A stretch of 63,951 nt of DNA, counting the filler, from an uncultured Methanoregulaceae archaeon (GTDB taxonomy: Archaea > Halobacteriota > Methanomicrobia > Methanomicrobiales > Methanospirillaceae), in assembly GCA_964530035.1 (NCBI GenBank). It is 5 parts of 5 records of this genome, joined end to end, with 100 filler letters (N's around TTAATTAATTAA, not from the genome) between each part and the next. Parts side by side here need not be neighbours in the genome. Positions count along the whole stretch, not along the records: positions 1 to 14,983 come from CAZGXZ010000047.1; 4 more parts are not named here. One strand, written 5' to 3'. The notes under the pieces were generated by a model, which was not told where the DNA came from, searched no databases, and worked only from the letters and a program-made list of their open reading frames with translations. Shown here piece after piece: positions 1 to 11,820 of this stretch. The first letter of the stretch is position 1, and each line of letters opens with the position of its first letter. Both the position numbers and the translations under genes were made by a program.

Positions 1-2
1 TC

Positions 3-542
3 ATCAACGCCGAGCTCGCTGACAAGGCTCATGAAAAAGGAGTCCAGGTCATCGTAGAGGGGCCGGGCCATGTCCCTATCGATGAGATCGAGGCAAATGT
101 CATCCTCCAGAAGCGGGTGACCAACAGGAGGCCGTTCTACATGCTCGGGCCGATCGTGACCGATATCGCACCGGGCTACGACGACCGGGTATCGGCGATC
201 GGTGCCGCCCTGTCGTCTTCATACGGGGCGGATTTCATCTGCTACGTCACTCCCGCGGAACACCTTGCCCTCCCCACCCCTGAAGAGGTGTACGAAGGTG
301 TGATCAGCTCACGCATCGCCGCCCATGTCGGCGACATGGTCAAGCTGAAGAAGCGGGACGCCGACCTCGAGATGGGCCATGCGCGCCGCGACCTTGACTG
401 GGAGCGCCAGTTCCAGGTGGCCATCAACCCCGAACATGCACGGAGGATCCGCAGCGAACGGATGCCCGCCGATGCCGATGCCTGCACGATGTGCGGGGAC
501 TATTGCGCCCTAAAAATCGTGAACAGGTATTTCAACTTCTGA
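3..542 (+). CDS. thiC: Phosphomethylpyrimidine synthase ThiC family, C-terminal part (truncated by window start)
   Basis: [32 protein letters not shown] and C-terminal CTMCGDYC Fe-S motif typical of ThiC (BzaA/B paralogs not excluded). Confidence 0.88.
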   Translation: MNAELADKAHEKGVQVIVEGPGHVPIDEIEANVILQKRVTNRRPFYMLGPIVTDIAPGYDDRVSAIGAALSSSYGADFICYVTPAEHLALPTPEEVYEGVISSRIAAHVGDMVKLKKRDADLEMGHARRDLDWERQFQVAINPEHARRIRSERMPADADACTMCGDYCALKIVNRYFNF

Positions 543-612
543 ATACCGGAGGGATTCCCTCCTTTTTGTCCTTCCGCTGCCCTTTTAAGCCACCCGCCAA
601 AGACTTATTCAG

Positions 613-1179
613 ATGCATGCCCGGAAGCTCGCGGCACGGAACAGGGCGAAAACAGTCCGTTCGGCCCTCACTCAAAGCCAGGTGGCCGCAAAAAGCCTTG
701 CCATCTGCGAGCGGGCCAGGCAGGTCATCGGGAGTTCCTCCCCGGTCCTCCTCTATGCCTCGAAGCTCCCGGAGGTCTCGACTTCAAGCCTGATGACGGC
801 CCTGCTGAATGATGGCCACGAGGTTGTTGTCCCGATAATCGAGAGAGAGACCATCACGCTCCGCCTGTCATACCTCCGCGACCCTTCGGTCCTTACAGCC
901 AGCACCTTCCAGGTGCCGGAGCCGATCGGGAATGAAATCCCTGCAAAGGCATCTGATATCGCCATTGCCGTCATCCCGATGCTCGCCTTCGACCGGCAGG
1001 GGAACCGGCTCGGGTACGGGGCAGGGTACTATGACCGTTTCCTCTCGATGAACCCGGGGATAACCCGTGTCGGCCTTGCGTTCTCATGCCAGGAGGCCAG
1101 GGACCTCCCGAGGGACCCCTATGATGTCAGGATGCACTTTGTGGTGACCGAGCATGAGGTTATTGATTGTCAGATATAA
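613..1179 (+). CDS. 5-formyltetrahydrofolate cyclo-ligase family protein
   Basis: IPMLAFDRQGNRLGYGAGYYDRFL signature and LPRDPYDVRMHFVVTE. Confidence 0.9.
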   Translation: MHARKLAARNRAKTVRSALTQSQVAAKSLAICERARQVIGSSSPVLLYASKLPEVSTSSLMTALLNDGHEVVVPIIERETITLRLSYLRDPSVLTASTFQVPEPIGNEIPAKASDIAIAVIPMLAFDRQGNRLGYGAGYYDRFLSMNPGITRVGLAFSCQEARDLPRDPYDVRMHFVVTEHEVIDCQI

Positions 1180-1184
1180 GGGTT

Positions 1185-1201
1185 AAGAAACATTTATATA
1201 A
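1185..1201 (+). promoter_or_regulatory. Putative BRE/TATA box of the cdc48-hsp20 unit
   Basis: AAGAAA followed by CATTTATATA about 45 nt upstream of ATG 1246. Confidence 0.5.
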
Positions 1202-1206
1202 TTTAG

Positions 1207-3633
<2,427 letters not shown>

Positions 3634-3653
3634 CCCCGGACACCTGATACACC

Positions 3654-4112
3654 ATGGATGATTCAAACAAGGAAACACGGAAAAACTTCGAGGATATGAT
3701 ACGGCAGATCATAGAACAGTCCATGGCAGGGACCATCGACCAGCCGGGAGTCTTCGGGTTCAAGATCATCATCAGTGGTGCCGGGATACCTTCAGGGAAC
3801 GGGGCGGGTGGCTCTTCTTTCCCGGACACCCGCGAGACTCCGGTCGAGGTCTTCACGATGGGCGATGAGGTCCTGGCGGTCACGGAACTGCCGGGCCTTA
3901 ACCCGGAACAGGTCAGCATCACCTTCGAGGAGGACGTGCTGTTCATCAGGGGAAGTGACGGGTTCCTGAGCTACGAGGCACAGACCAGGCTTCCACCGGT
4001 GAACCGTGACTCGATAAAGGCCTCGATGAAAAACGGCGTACTTGAGGTCACCTTTGCATCCCTCAATACACCGGAACAGGACGTGGCACCGGACTTTCAG
4101 CCGGGCGAATGA
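3654..4112 (+). CDS. Hsp20/alpha-crystallin family small heat-shock protein
   Basis: ELPGL and ASMKNGVLEVT alpha-crystallin motifs; directly downstream of cdc48. Confidence 0.85.
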   Translation: MDDSNKETRKNFEDMIRQIIEQSMAGTIDQPGVFGFKIIISGAGIPSGNGAGGSSFPDTRETPVEVFTMGDEVLAVTELPGLNPEQVSITFEEDVLFIRGSDGFLSYEAQTRLPPVNRDSIKASMKNGVLEVTFASLNTPEQDVAPDFQPGE

Positions 4113-4138
4113 CCCGTTCATCCGCCAGGCGCCACGTA

Positions 4139-4146
4139 TTTTATAT
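4139..4146 (+). promoter_or_regulatory. Putative TATA box of fbp
   Basis: TTTTATAT about 35 nt upstream of ATG 4180. Confidence 0.45.
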
Positions 4147-4179
4147 CGACAGCCGGATACGTATTAGTGTGAGCTGTCT

Positions 4180-5277
4180 ATGCCGAAAACAACCATTTCT
4201 GTCATAAAAGCCGACATTGGAAGCTTCCCAGGCCATTCACGAACCCACCCGAAGCTCCTTGAAAAGGCGGCCAGCATGCTCAAGGCGAAGGAGGGGAGCC
4301 TGCTCATCGATTCGTTTGTCACCCACTGCGGAGACGACCTTGAATTGATCATGACCCACACCCGCGGAGAGGACAACGAGGAGATCCACAAGCTCTCCTG
4401 GGACATCTTCACGGCATGTGCAGCGGAAGCAAAGACGATGAAGCTGTACGGGGCGGGCCAGGACATTCTCGTCGATGCCTTCTCGGGAAATGTCAAGGGC
4501 ATGGGACCCGGTGTCGCCGAGATGGAGTTCGAGGAGAGGGGCTCAGACCCGGTCCTCATCTTCATGGCCGACAAGACAGAGCCGGGTGCCTGGAACTTCT
4601 ACCTCTACAAGATGTTTGCCGACCCGTTCAACACCTCCGGCCTCGTCATCGACCCGTCGATGCATGGAGGGTTCGTCTTTGAGGTCCACGACGTCCTTGA
4701 AAAGAAGAAGATCCGGTTTTCGACGCCGAACGAGATGTACTGTCTCCTCGCCTACATCGGGGCCCCGTCCCGGTACGTGGTGAAGGGCGTCTGGAGGAAC
4801 GACGGACTTGTTGCCGCTTCAACGTCCACGCAGAAACTGAACATGATGGCAGGCAGGTACGTCGGGAAGGATGACCCGGTCATGATCGTCAGGGGTCAGA
4901 GCGGGCTTCCGTCCGTCGGGGAACTCATCGAACCGTTCACCATCCCGACAATCGTCGCCGGCTGGATGCGCGGGTCGCACCACGGGCCGTTCATGCCGGT
5001 CGGTGTCCCTGATGCCAACTGTACACGGTTCGACGGTCCGCCGAGGGTCACCTGTCTCGGTTTCCAGGTCAACAACGGCCACCTCATCGGGCCCGCCGAC
5101 ATGTTCGATGACCCCGGGTTCGACCGCGTACGCTCCAGGTGCAACGAGATTGCGGATATGCTCCGGGCAATGGGGCCCTTCGAACCACACCGGCTCTCCC
5201 TTGACGAAATGGAGTACACGACCCTTCCCCAGGTCAGCAAGCTCCTTGAAAAACGTTGGGAGCCGATCGGGGATTAA
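4180..5277 (+). CDS. fbp: Bifunctional fructose-1,6-bisphosphate aldolase/phosphatase (class V FBPase)
   Basis: SVIKADIG..GH, GDD, YGAGQDIL, GNVKGMGPGVAE, YVGKDDP, GWMRGSH, RFDGPP motifs. Confidence 0.95.
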   Translation: MPKTTISVIKADIGSFPGHSRTHPKLLEKAASMLKAKEGSLLIDSFVTHCGDDLELIMTHTRGEDNEEIHKLSWDIFTACAAEAKTMKLYGAGQDILVDAFSGNVKGMGPGVAEMEFEERGSDPVLIFMADKTEPGAWNFYLYKMFADPFNTSGLVIDPSMHGGFVFEVHDVLEKKKIRFSTPNEMYCLLAYIGAPSRYVVKGVWRNDGLVAASTSTQKLNMMAGRYVGKDDPVMIVRGQSGLPSVGELIEPFTIPTIVAGWMRGSHHGPFMPVGVPDANCTRFDGPPRVTCLGFQVNNGHLIGPADMFDDPGFDRVRSRCNEIADMLRAMGPFEPHRLSLDEMEYTTLPQVSKLLEKRWEPIGD

Positions 5278-5285
5278 AACAGCAT

Positions 5286-5309
5286 TCTTTTTTTATTACG
5301 GCTTTTTTT
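5286..5309 (+). terminator. Oligo-T archaeal terminator candidate
   Basis: Two T-runs (TCTTTTTTTTA and CTTTTTTA) right after the fbp stop. Confidence 0.45.
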
Positions 5310-5354
5310 ACGAGGGAGCATTTTATAGGACGGCTGCCCATATATAGAGTCAGC

Positions 5355-5588
5355 ATGTCAAACGGCATCGTGTTGCCCATCAAGAAGGTCTTCGCCCTCG
5401 TCGACTCGAAGATCACGGTGGAAATCAAGGACGACGGAAGAAAACTCACCGGCAGGCTCGTAGCGGTGGACGAATACCTCAACCTCCACATGGATGAAAC
5501 CATGGAACTGATCGAGGACCAGCGGAGATCGCTTGGATCGGTCGTTATCAGGGGAAACAATATATTGTCAATCGCCCCCACCATCTGA
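5355..5588 (+). CDS. Sm-like archaeal protein (Lsm/SmAP)
   Basis: G.L.AVDEYLNL (Sm1) and LGSVVIRGNNI (Sm2) motifs; ATG at 5355. Confidence 0.92.
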   Translation: MSNGIVLPIKKVFALVDSKITVEIKDDGRKLTGRLVAVDEYLNLHMDETMELIEDQRRSLGSVVIRGNNILSIAPTI

Positions 5589-5593
5589 TCGCC

Positions 5594-5944
5594 ATGTCGG
5601 TGTCGGTCGAAGAGAGTTACACGATCATCAGGGACCACCCTGATGGAGTCATGCAGAGTGAGCTCTGGAAGATACTCGGTGTGGACAGCCGCAAGTGTTC
5701 ACGCATCGTGAAGAAACTGATCGATAGCGGTCTGATAGAACGAATCGAGCACAAGCACGAAGGTATCAAGACCTATCTCCTCATCGCCAAGCGGGGACCG
5801 GTCAACCCGGCACACATCCTTGCGGGCGATGAGCTGGTCCCCTGCATCGCATGCGAGCACGAGTGCGTCGTCGAGCAGTGTCCCCGGCTCCTCGACTGGA
5901 TGTACCAGCTGGCCATCACCGAGTCGCTGCCAGAAGAAGACTAA
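5594..5944 (+). CDS. Winged-helix protein with C-terminal 4-Cys cluster (RPC34/TFEbeta-like)
   Basis: GVMQSELWKILGVDSRKCSRIVKKL wHTH plus PCIACEHECVVEQCPRLLDW; cotranscribed with the Sm gene. Confidence 0.7.
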   Translation: MSVSVEESYTIIRDHPDGVMQSELWKILGVDSRKCSRIVKKLIDSGLIERIEHKHEGIKTYLLIAKRGPVNPAHILAGDELVPCIACEHECVVEQCPRLLDWMYQLAITESLPEED

Positions 5945-6149
5945 TCCATTTTTCCGAGGCCCCACAAGGGATCTGCCTTTTTGCCGGGCAGGGAGTGTAG
6001 TGAGGTCTCCCGCCATGACCCGCAGATCCTTTTGAATAAAGGAATTTTACAGGAGATGGGCGAAGATAATGACGAAACCATCAGGTGAGGCATCCTGACA
6101 GTCACGAATCCGGCATGCTTATCATGCATAGCCGGAAATTCTTTTCCTG

Positions 6150-7337
6150 ATGCCGGAGAACGGAAGCCTGTCCGATATTCGCTCGCTCCTGGCGAGGATT
6201 CCCCAGGAGTATTATCTCCTTGCACTCTGTATTGCAGTCGGACTTGTCATACGGGTTCTCCTTGCAGGGTTCGAGAGCGGGGATTATAACAACTTTCTCA
6301 AGCCCTGGTACCATTATATCAGCAGCCGGGGCGGTTTACCCGCGTTCCGTGATGATTTTTCTGATTACACCCCTGCGTACCTCTACCTCCTGGCCATCGC
6401 CTATTACGTTGGTGCACCGGACCTTGTAGCGGTAAAAGGCATATCCATCCTAGGAGACCTTGTCCTTGCCATCGTTGTCTACCTCCTCGCATTCGAAGTG
6501 TCGAGGAACAGGACGGTGGCGTGCATTGGCTGCGGGCTCGTGTTCCTTGCCCCGACCATCGTCCTGAACGGCGCATTCTGGGGGCAGAGCGATGGCCTGT
6601 ACACGCTGTGCATCCTTGCCTCCCTGCTCTTCCTTTTAAAGGACCGTCCCCTCGCCGGAACGGTCCTGTACGGCCTGGGCTTTGCAATCAAACTCCAGGC
6701 TATCTTCTTTGCGCCGGTCTTCCTGTTCCTTATCCTGAAAGGGAGATACCAGCTCAGGTACCTGGCCATTATCCCGGGGGTATATCTCCTGACCGTCATC
6801 CCTGCGTTTATCGCCGGGAGACCCCTTGGAGAACTCCTGATGGTCTATCCCGACCAGGCGGGGTTCTACAAGGAACTATGCTGGAATGCTCCGTCCATCT
6901 ATGCTGCTTTTCCCTCCGGTGTGTACGAGACCTTCGTCGTCACGGGGTCGCTTTTTGCGGTCATGGCGGCACTGGTCCTGATATATGTCCTCTCCCGCGG
7001 ACCCCTGCCGGTGCAGCCGGCAACCTATGTCTCGGTGGCTTTCATCACCGTCCTCCTTGTCCCGTTCCTCCTGCCTGCAATGCATGAACGGTATTTCTAC
7101 CTGGCGGACGTCCTTTCGGTCCTCTATGCCTGCTGCTACCCGAAACGGTTCTACATCCCCGCCGTCATGGTGGCGGTCTCCTTTTTTGCCTACATGCCGT
7201 TCCTGTTCAAGGCAGAGCCGGTCCCGCTCATTTTTCTCGCTGCCGTCCTGTTCTGCCTCCTGCTCCATGTCACGGACTGTGCCATAAGGGAACGGTTCGG
7301 GTCATGGCCGGTCTTCGATGCCCGGGCACAAGGATGA
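6150..7337 (+). CDS. GT-C fold membrane glycosyltransferase (GT87/DUF2029-like mannosyltransferase)
   Basis: About 10 hydrophobic helices; DY..F..PW, DYTP.YLY, WGQSD, KLQA, MHERY motifs. Confidence 0.75.
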   Translation: MPENGSLSDIRSLLARIPQEYYLLALCIAVGLVIRVLLAGFESGDYNNFLKPWYHYISSRGGLPAFRDDFSDYTPAYLYLLAIAYYVGAPDLVAVKGISILGDLVLAIVVYLLAFEVSRNRTVACIGCGLVFLAPTIVLNGAFWGQSDGLYTLCILASLLFLLKDRPLAGTVLYGLGFAIKLQAIFFAPVFLFLILKGRYQLRYLAIIPGVYLLTVIPAFIAGRPLGELLMVYPDQAGFYKELCWNAPSIYAAFPSGVYETFVVTGSLFAVMAALVLIYVLSRGPLPVQPATYVSVAFITVLLVPFLLPAMHERYFYLADVLSVLYACCYPKRFYIPAVMVAVSFFAYMPFLFKAEPVPLIFLAAVLFCLLLHVTDCAIRERFGSWPVFDARAQG

Positions 7338-7408
7338 CCCGCCGGGGACCACCCCCAGGATACCTTTATACCACGAGTGACGGATCACCTCATGATCAGA
7401 GGACGGTC

Positions 7409-7588
7409 ATGGTATCGAGGACATGGGTGTGCTTTTTCCTGATCAGCTTTGCAGCCCTGTTATGGGCGGCATTCCTGATCGGAACGAACGCGATGCTCTG
7501 GATAGGCGGGTTGCTGATAACCCTCGTACTCGGCTTCATGCTCATCCTTGTGTTCATTGAGCTGAGAAACACCGGAATAATTAATTAG
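7409..7588 (+). CDS. Small two-helix membrane protein
   Basis: 59-aa ORF with two hydrophobic segments, GAGGA upstream of ATG 7409. Confidence 0.55.
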   Translation: MVSRTWVCFFLISFAALLWAAFLIGTNAMLWIGGLLITLVLGFMLILVFIELRNTGIIN

Positions 7589-7759
7589 CAGAATGGAATG
7601 TATGCCGCCAGTACTTAGCCCTGACGCAATAACGCCGTGTGAAAAATGGAGGACATTTTCCTGTCCAAACAGCCTTCAATACGCCATTTTGGACTACATC
7701 TGCAGGAAGTCCTGCCATCATCCAGGCCCGGGTGTTCCCGGTATTCCGGTGAAAGGACA

Positions 7760-8302
7760 ATGACCATGCCACAGGTTCAGGATGCCACAGAGCCTCGGGT
7801 CATCAGGGTGGTTCAAGGTGATATCACCCGTCTTGTGGTCGATGCCATTGTCAATGCCGCGAACAGGAGCCTCTCAGGCGGCGGAGGTGTCGACGGGGCG
7901 ATCCACCGGGCGGCGGGTCCCCGGCTGGCCGAGTGCTGCAGGAAAACCGGCGGTTGCGAAACAGGAGGTGCCAGGATAACACCGGGGTTCGACCTTCCTG
8001 CCCGCTTCGTGATCCATACCGTCGGGCCGGTGTGGTCCGGAGGGGATGTGGGCGAGGACGACCTTCTCGCCGCCTGCTACAGGAACTCCCTGCGGTGTGC
8101 GGACGAAGCAGGGTGCCGTTCGATCGCCTTTCCCGCCATCAGCACCGGGGCGTACGGGTTCCCTGCTGAACGGGCGGCCCGCGTGGCGCTGGCATCAATC
8201 AGGGAGTACCTCAGGGGAGATTCCGGGATCAGGGAGGTCCTCCTGGTCTGCATACATGAACGGTGTTTCGAGTCCTACACCCGTCTTCTCACTCCTTCCT
8301 GA
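7760..8302 (+). CDS. Macrodomain protein (O-acetyl-ADP-ribose deacetylase/ADP-ribosylhydrolase, YmdB/MacroD-like)
   Basis: [41 protein letters not shown]. Confidence 0.95.
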   Translation: MTMPQVQDATEPRVIRVVQGDITRLVVDAIVNAANRSLSGGGGVDGAIHRAAGPRLAECCRKTGGCETGGARITPGFDLPARFVIHTVGPVWSGGDVGEDDLLAACYRNSLRCADEAGCRSIAFPAISTGAYGFPAERAARVALASIREYLRGDSGIREVLLVCIHERCFESYTRLLTPS

Positions 8303-8401
8303 CAGGGATGTCCCGTGTGGGCGAGCCTTCTCCCGGGCAAGCCGGGTCACACCTCCTGGTGGCTAAAAAAAAGCAGTCCGGGACCCGGAGGCCGGGCCTG
8401 G

Positions 8402-10555
8402 TCACCTGCCCGGCGGAGGGCTCTTTGTCGGGGTGATGTTCAGGAAGGAGTACAGGGGTTCAACCCCCGGGTCCTTTCCGAGGAACGCTCTCATCAGGGT
8501 GTTACCGTCCCGCGAGTTCCCCGGTTCGAGGATGGAGCGCCGGTACTCGGCCCCGGTCGTGGCATTGCCGAGCCCGTCCCGTTCGAACCGGTCAAGGATG
8601 TTCAATGCATACACCTTCGACCAGAGGTATCCGTAATACCCCGCGTCATAGCCACCCATGAAATGGCCGATGGTCGCGGGTTCATGTCCGTCCGGGACCG
8701 GGGGGATGCCGACCATCTCCCGGTACAACCGGTCGGAAACCGCAGTCGTGTCAACCGGTCCGTCCGAGGTATGGTATACCATGTCCTCGTAGCCCAGGGC
8801 AAGCTGCCTCGCATACGTCCGGCCGACATCGATGGTCCGGGACCGGATGATCCGGTCACGGAGGTCGGCGGGAAGTTTCTCAGCGGGGTTGGTAGAGCGG
8901 CCTGATACAGACCCGAGCACCGAGGCATTCCATGCCCACTCCTCGAAGGTCTGGGAGGGGGTCTCGACGAAGTCGAGCTCGACCCTGGTGCCGGAAACGC
9001 TCCCGTACGGTGCCTTCGTCAGGCTCTCGTGCATGGCATGGCCGAACTCGTGGAAGAGCCCCTCAACGTCGTCCGGGGAGAGCAGCGAAGGGGTATTTCC
9101 ACTGGGTTTCCTGAAATTGGCGACGATGGCCGATACCGGGGCATGGTAGGTGCCGTTCTCCATCCTGCCCGGGACCAGGTTGAACATCGCCATGTGCCCG
9201 TACTTCCCTTCGCGGGGATACAGGTCCATGTAGAGGTAGGCTTCGGTGCGTCCGTCCGAGGTGTTGACGACCCTGAACAGTTTCACGTCCGGCGACCAGG
9301 CCTTTGCGTCACGCACCTCCTCGAACCGTACGCCGAGCATCGGCCCGAACTCCCTGAACATCCCCTGGACTACGCCGTCGAGGGGCAGGTAGGCCCGCAC
9401 CTCCTCCTCGTCGTAGGCATAATCCCGTTTTTTCTGCAGCTCCGTGAGATAGTTCAGGTCCCAGGCATCCACCGCGGTGGCCCCGGGGTCAATCCCTTTC
9501 TTCACCCCGAGGAGGCCGGCCAGCTCCTGCCGGGTCTTTTCCTGGAGGGGGGCCTTGAGCCGGTCGAGGAAGGCGAGGACGGTGCTCGCATTTTCAGCCA
9601 TCCGTCCGTCCGTCTGGTAATCGGCCCAGGTGGAGTACCCGAGCTCGTCCGCTATCTGCCGGCGGATCTCTATGGCTTCCTCGAGGAGCCGGGTGTTTTC
9701 ATCCGCCTGGCGGTTCACGTACGCGGAGAGCATCCGTTTCCTGGTATCCGGCTTCGTGGCGTACTGCATGACGGTGAGGTAGTCCGGGTACTGGGTCGTT
9801 ACCAGGTAGCTCCCGTTCTCAGCCTTTTTGAACGACCCGGTTCTCTCTTCAGGGAGGCCTGCGAGGTCCTCCCGTGAAAACGCGAGGCTAGTGTCGTCGT
9901 TATTGAGGTTCGTGGAAAACCGGACCTCGAGCAGGGTCAGGTTTTCCCGGAGAGCCCTGACCTTTGCCAGTCGGTCATCCGGCAGTTCAAGGCCATTCTT
10001 CCGGAAATCCCGCATGGTCAGGTCGTACAGCCTTTTTTCGTCGGGGTTACGGGGCGTCTGGCCTGACATGGCCTCGTACAGGTCCCGGCGTGCCATGGTC
10101 CCCACGAGGAACATGCCGGACTTCTCCTTTGAATCAGCTCCCTCGGCTGAGATAACCGGGTCCGGGTGGACGTCGCCCATGAACCCGAGGATTTCTGTCG
10201 CCTCAGAAAAACTGGTCATGATGGCGTCGAACCGGAGCACCGTGTTTTCGAAGGTCCGTTCTCCCGAAGGGACCGCGGCTATGGCATTCAGGGAGGCGTT
10301 TGCATCGCGGATAGCCCGGTCGGTGAGCCGGGTGATATCCCCGGGAGCATACATCGTCCTGACCGGGTCAGGGGAACCGGGGGGACCAAGGGGTCCGGGA
10401 GGAGGGGCGTCCGGGGAGGACGGGGGCTGGGAGCCGGGAGAAGGGGGAGGTGGCGGGTGCATTCCCCCGGGGCCGGGAAAGGACATCGCGAGGGTGATGA
10501 TTGCAATGACGGCGAGACCGACCACGAGGACAATCCAGTGCATCTTCAAAGCCAT
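8402..10555 (-). CDS. M3 family (thimet oligopeptidase-like) metallopeptidase with N-terminal membrane anchor
   Basis: FHEFGHAMH zinc motif, DFVETPSQ..E, YDAGYYGYLWS, DLYPREGKY; N-terminal hydrophobic helix and Pro-rich linker. Confidence 0.92.
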   Translation of the reverse strand: MALKMHWIVLVVGLAVIAIITLAMSFPGPGGMHPPPPPSPGSQPPSSPDAPPPGPLGPPGSPDPVRTMYAPGDITRLTDRAIRDANASLNAIAAVPSGERTFENTVLRFDAIMTSFSEATEILGFMGDVHPDPVISAEGADSKEKSGMFLVGTMARRDLYEAMSGQTPRNPDEKRLYDLTMRDFRKNGLELPDDRLAKVRALRENLTLLEVRFSTNLNNDDTSLAFSREDLAGLPEERTGSFKKAENGSYLVTTQYPDYLTVMQYATKPDTRKRMLSAYVNRQADENTRLLEEAIEIRRQIADELGYSTWADYQTDGRMAENASTVLAFLDRLKAPLQEKTRQELAGLLGVKKGIDPGATAVDAWDLNYLTELQKKRDYAYDEEEVRAYLPLDGVVQGMFREFGPMLGVRFEEVRDAKAWSPDVKLFRVVNTSDGRTEAYLYMDLYPREGKYGHMAMFNLVPGRMENGTYHAPVSAIVANFRKPSGNTPSLLSPDDVEGLFHEFGHAMHESLTKAPYGSVSGTRVELDFVETPSQTFEEWAWNASVLGSVSGRSTNPAEKLPADLRDRIIRSRTIDVGRTYARQLALGYEDMVYHTSDGPVDTTAVSDRLYREMVGIPPVPDGHEPATIGHFMGGYDAGYYGYLWSKVYALNILDRFERDGLGNATTGAEYRRSILEPGNSRDGNTLMRAFLGKDPGVEPLYSFLNITPTKSPPPGR

Positions 10556-10729
10556 AACCTGTCAGGGGTAGTTTCCCTGAAAATGTCAAAAGTGTTCCGA
10601 TGGGTGGAGACCGGGAGGCAGGGCGCCGAGGTATGCCTGACTGTGACCCCTGCTTCTTTTTTTACCGGTTATCTTCGGGAGAGAGCCCGTGACGCGGTAC
10701 TTGTGGAAGCGTCCGATCGTCCGTCACGG

Positions 10730-11070
10730 GGACCGGATGCCTTAAGGCGGCCCGGGCCAGGATAAGGGTGGCGGGGACCATGCTGAGGTATGTGAACCTT
10801 TTCGGTACTGTTTTGTAACCCCCGGGCAGTTTTCAAGTATTCCCTGACAACTGAACCTGGATGTACTCCTCCCTCTTCGAAGATCTCCCTGTGGAGAGGC
10901 CAGCATCCAGCCTGGTCGCCGGGTCCATCTCCGCAATCAGTGCCAGGGGTGTCAATGCTATGAAAAACCAGTGGGGCCAGCGTGCCCCAGGGTTTGAGCC
11001 TGACAGGGTGTCATGACAAGGTAGTCTGGCCTGGCGATGACCCACGGGACCTTGACCTTCCTTCATTCCT
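10730..11070 (-). pseudogene. Possible highly degraded tyrosine recombinase remnant
   Basis: Out-of-frame fragments KVKVP..PDYL, ALIA..DAGL, EEY.QV, KT..KRF..LSM..AT(PY)LAR..HP in the order expected for a lambda-family integrase core. Confidence 0.25.
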
Positions 11071-11820
11071 TCAATCCCTCTTCAGTTGACCTGCGGCAAG
11101 TTCTGCAGGACTCAAAGTCACTGTAAATCGCTCTAATCGTACTTATAATAATAATATATTTTTATATATACTAAGTAATAGTAATCCTGCAGTATTCGTC
11201 CATACACACAATACCCTGCAGCTGGCAGGACACCCGCACCGGTGTATACATGTGATCCGTGACCTGCTGGAGGAGTACTCCTAAATTCTCTGAATAATCT
11301 CCCAATAGCCTAATATTCAACGTAAATAGCCCAGATTTTCCTTTCGCAGGTGTGCAGGATGATGGAGGCTGATGGAGGGACCGGTCCTGTTTTCCAGGAC
11401 CTGGCTGGTTGCTGAGAGACCAGATGTTGCCTGATACGTACTTCATCACGCTTTGTGGGCATACCGGCGGATGAGCATCGGCACGGGAAAGGAAAGGTCT
11501 GCTATCATGGGAATTCACGAAGGCTGGTACCAGGCGGCGAGCGGGAGGGGTCGGGAGAACGCTTCGGGAGCGGGGTCCAGGGCATATCGTGGACACCGGT
11601 AAAGCAGGACGAGAACAGGGATATTTAGTCACTCGCCATTGAAAAGAGCAGGGATAAAGTTGCTGTACATTTTGAACCGGTTCCAGAATACCAGGTGAAA
11701 CAGGCCCGGGGGTTCTTCAGCTATGAGTAATAGCCTCTCTCCACACCAGGTCAACACGTCTCCCTGCTCTTCATAAGCAATCCTTTATCGTATCTCAGCT
11801 CGTTATGGTCGCATAGTACT

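Noticed and set aside
7760..8302. Macrodomain as the cognate antitoxin/eraser of the ART at 41849
   Set aside because: Different contig; standalone MacroD-type proteins are widespread and generally act on acidic-residue rather than arginine ADP-ribosylation
11171..11632. 153-aa ORF in the AT-rich intergenic region
   Set aside because: No recognisable motifs, atypical composition; probably spurious or decayed DNA
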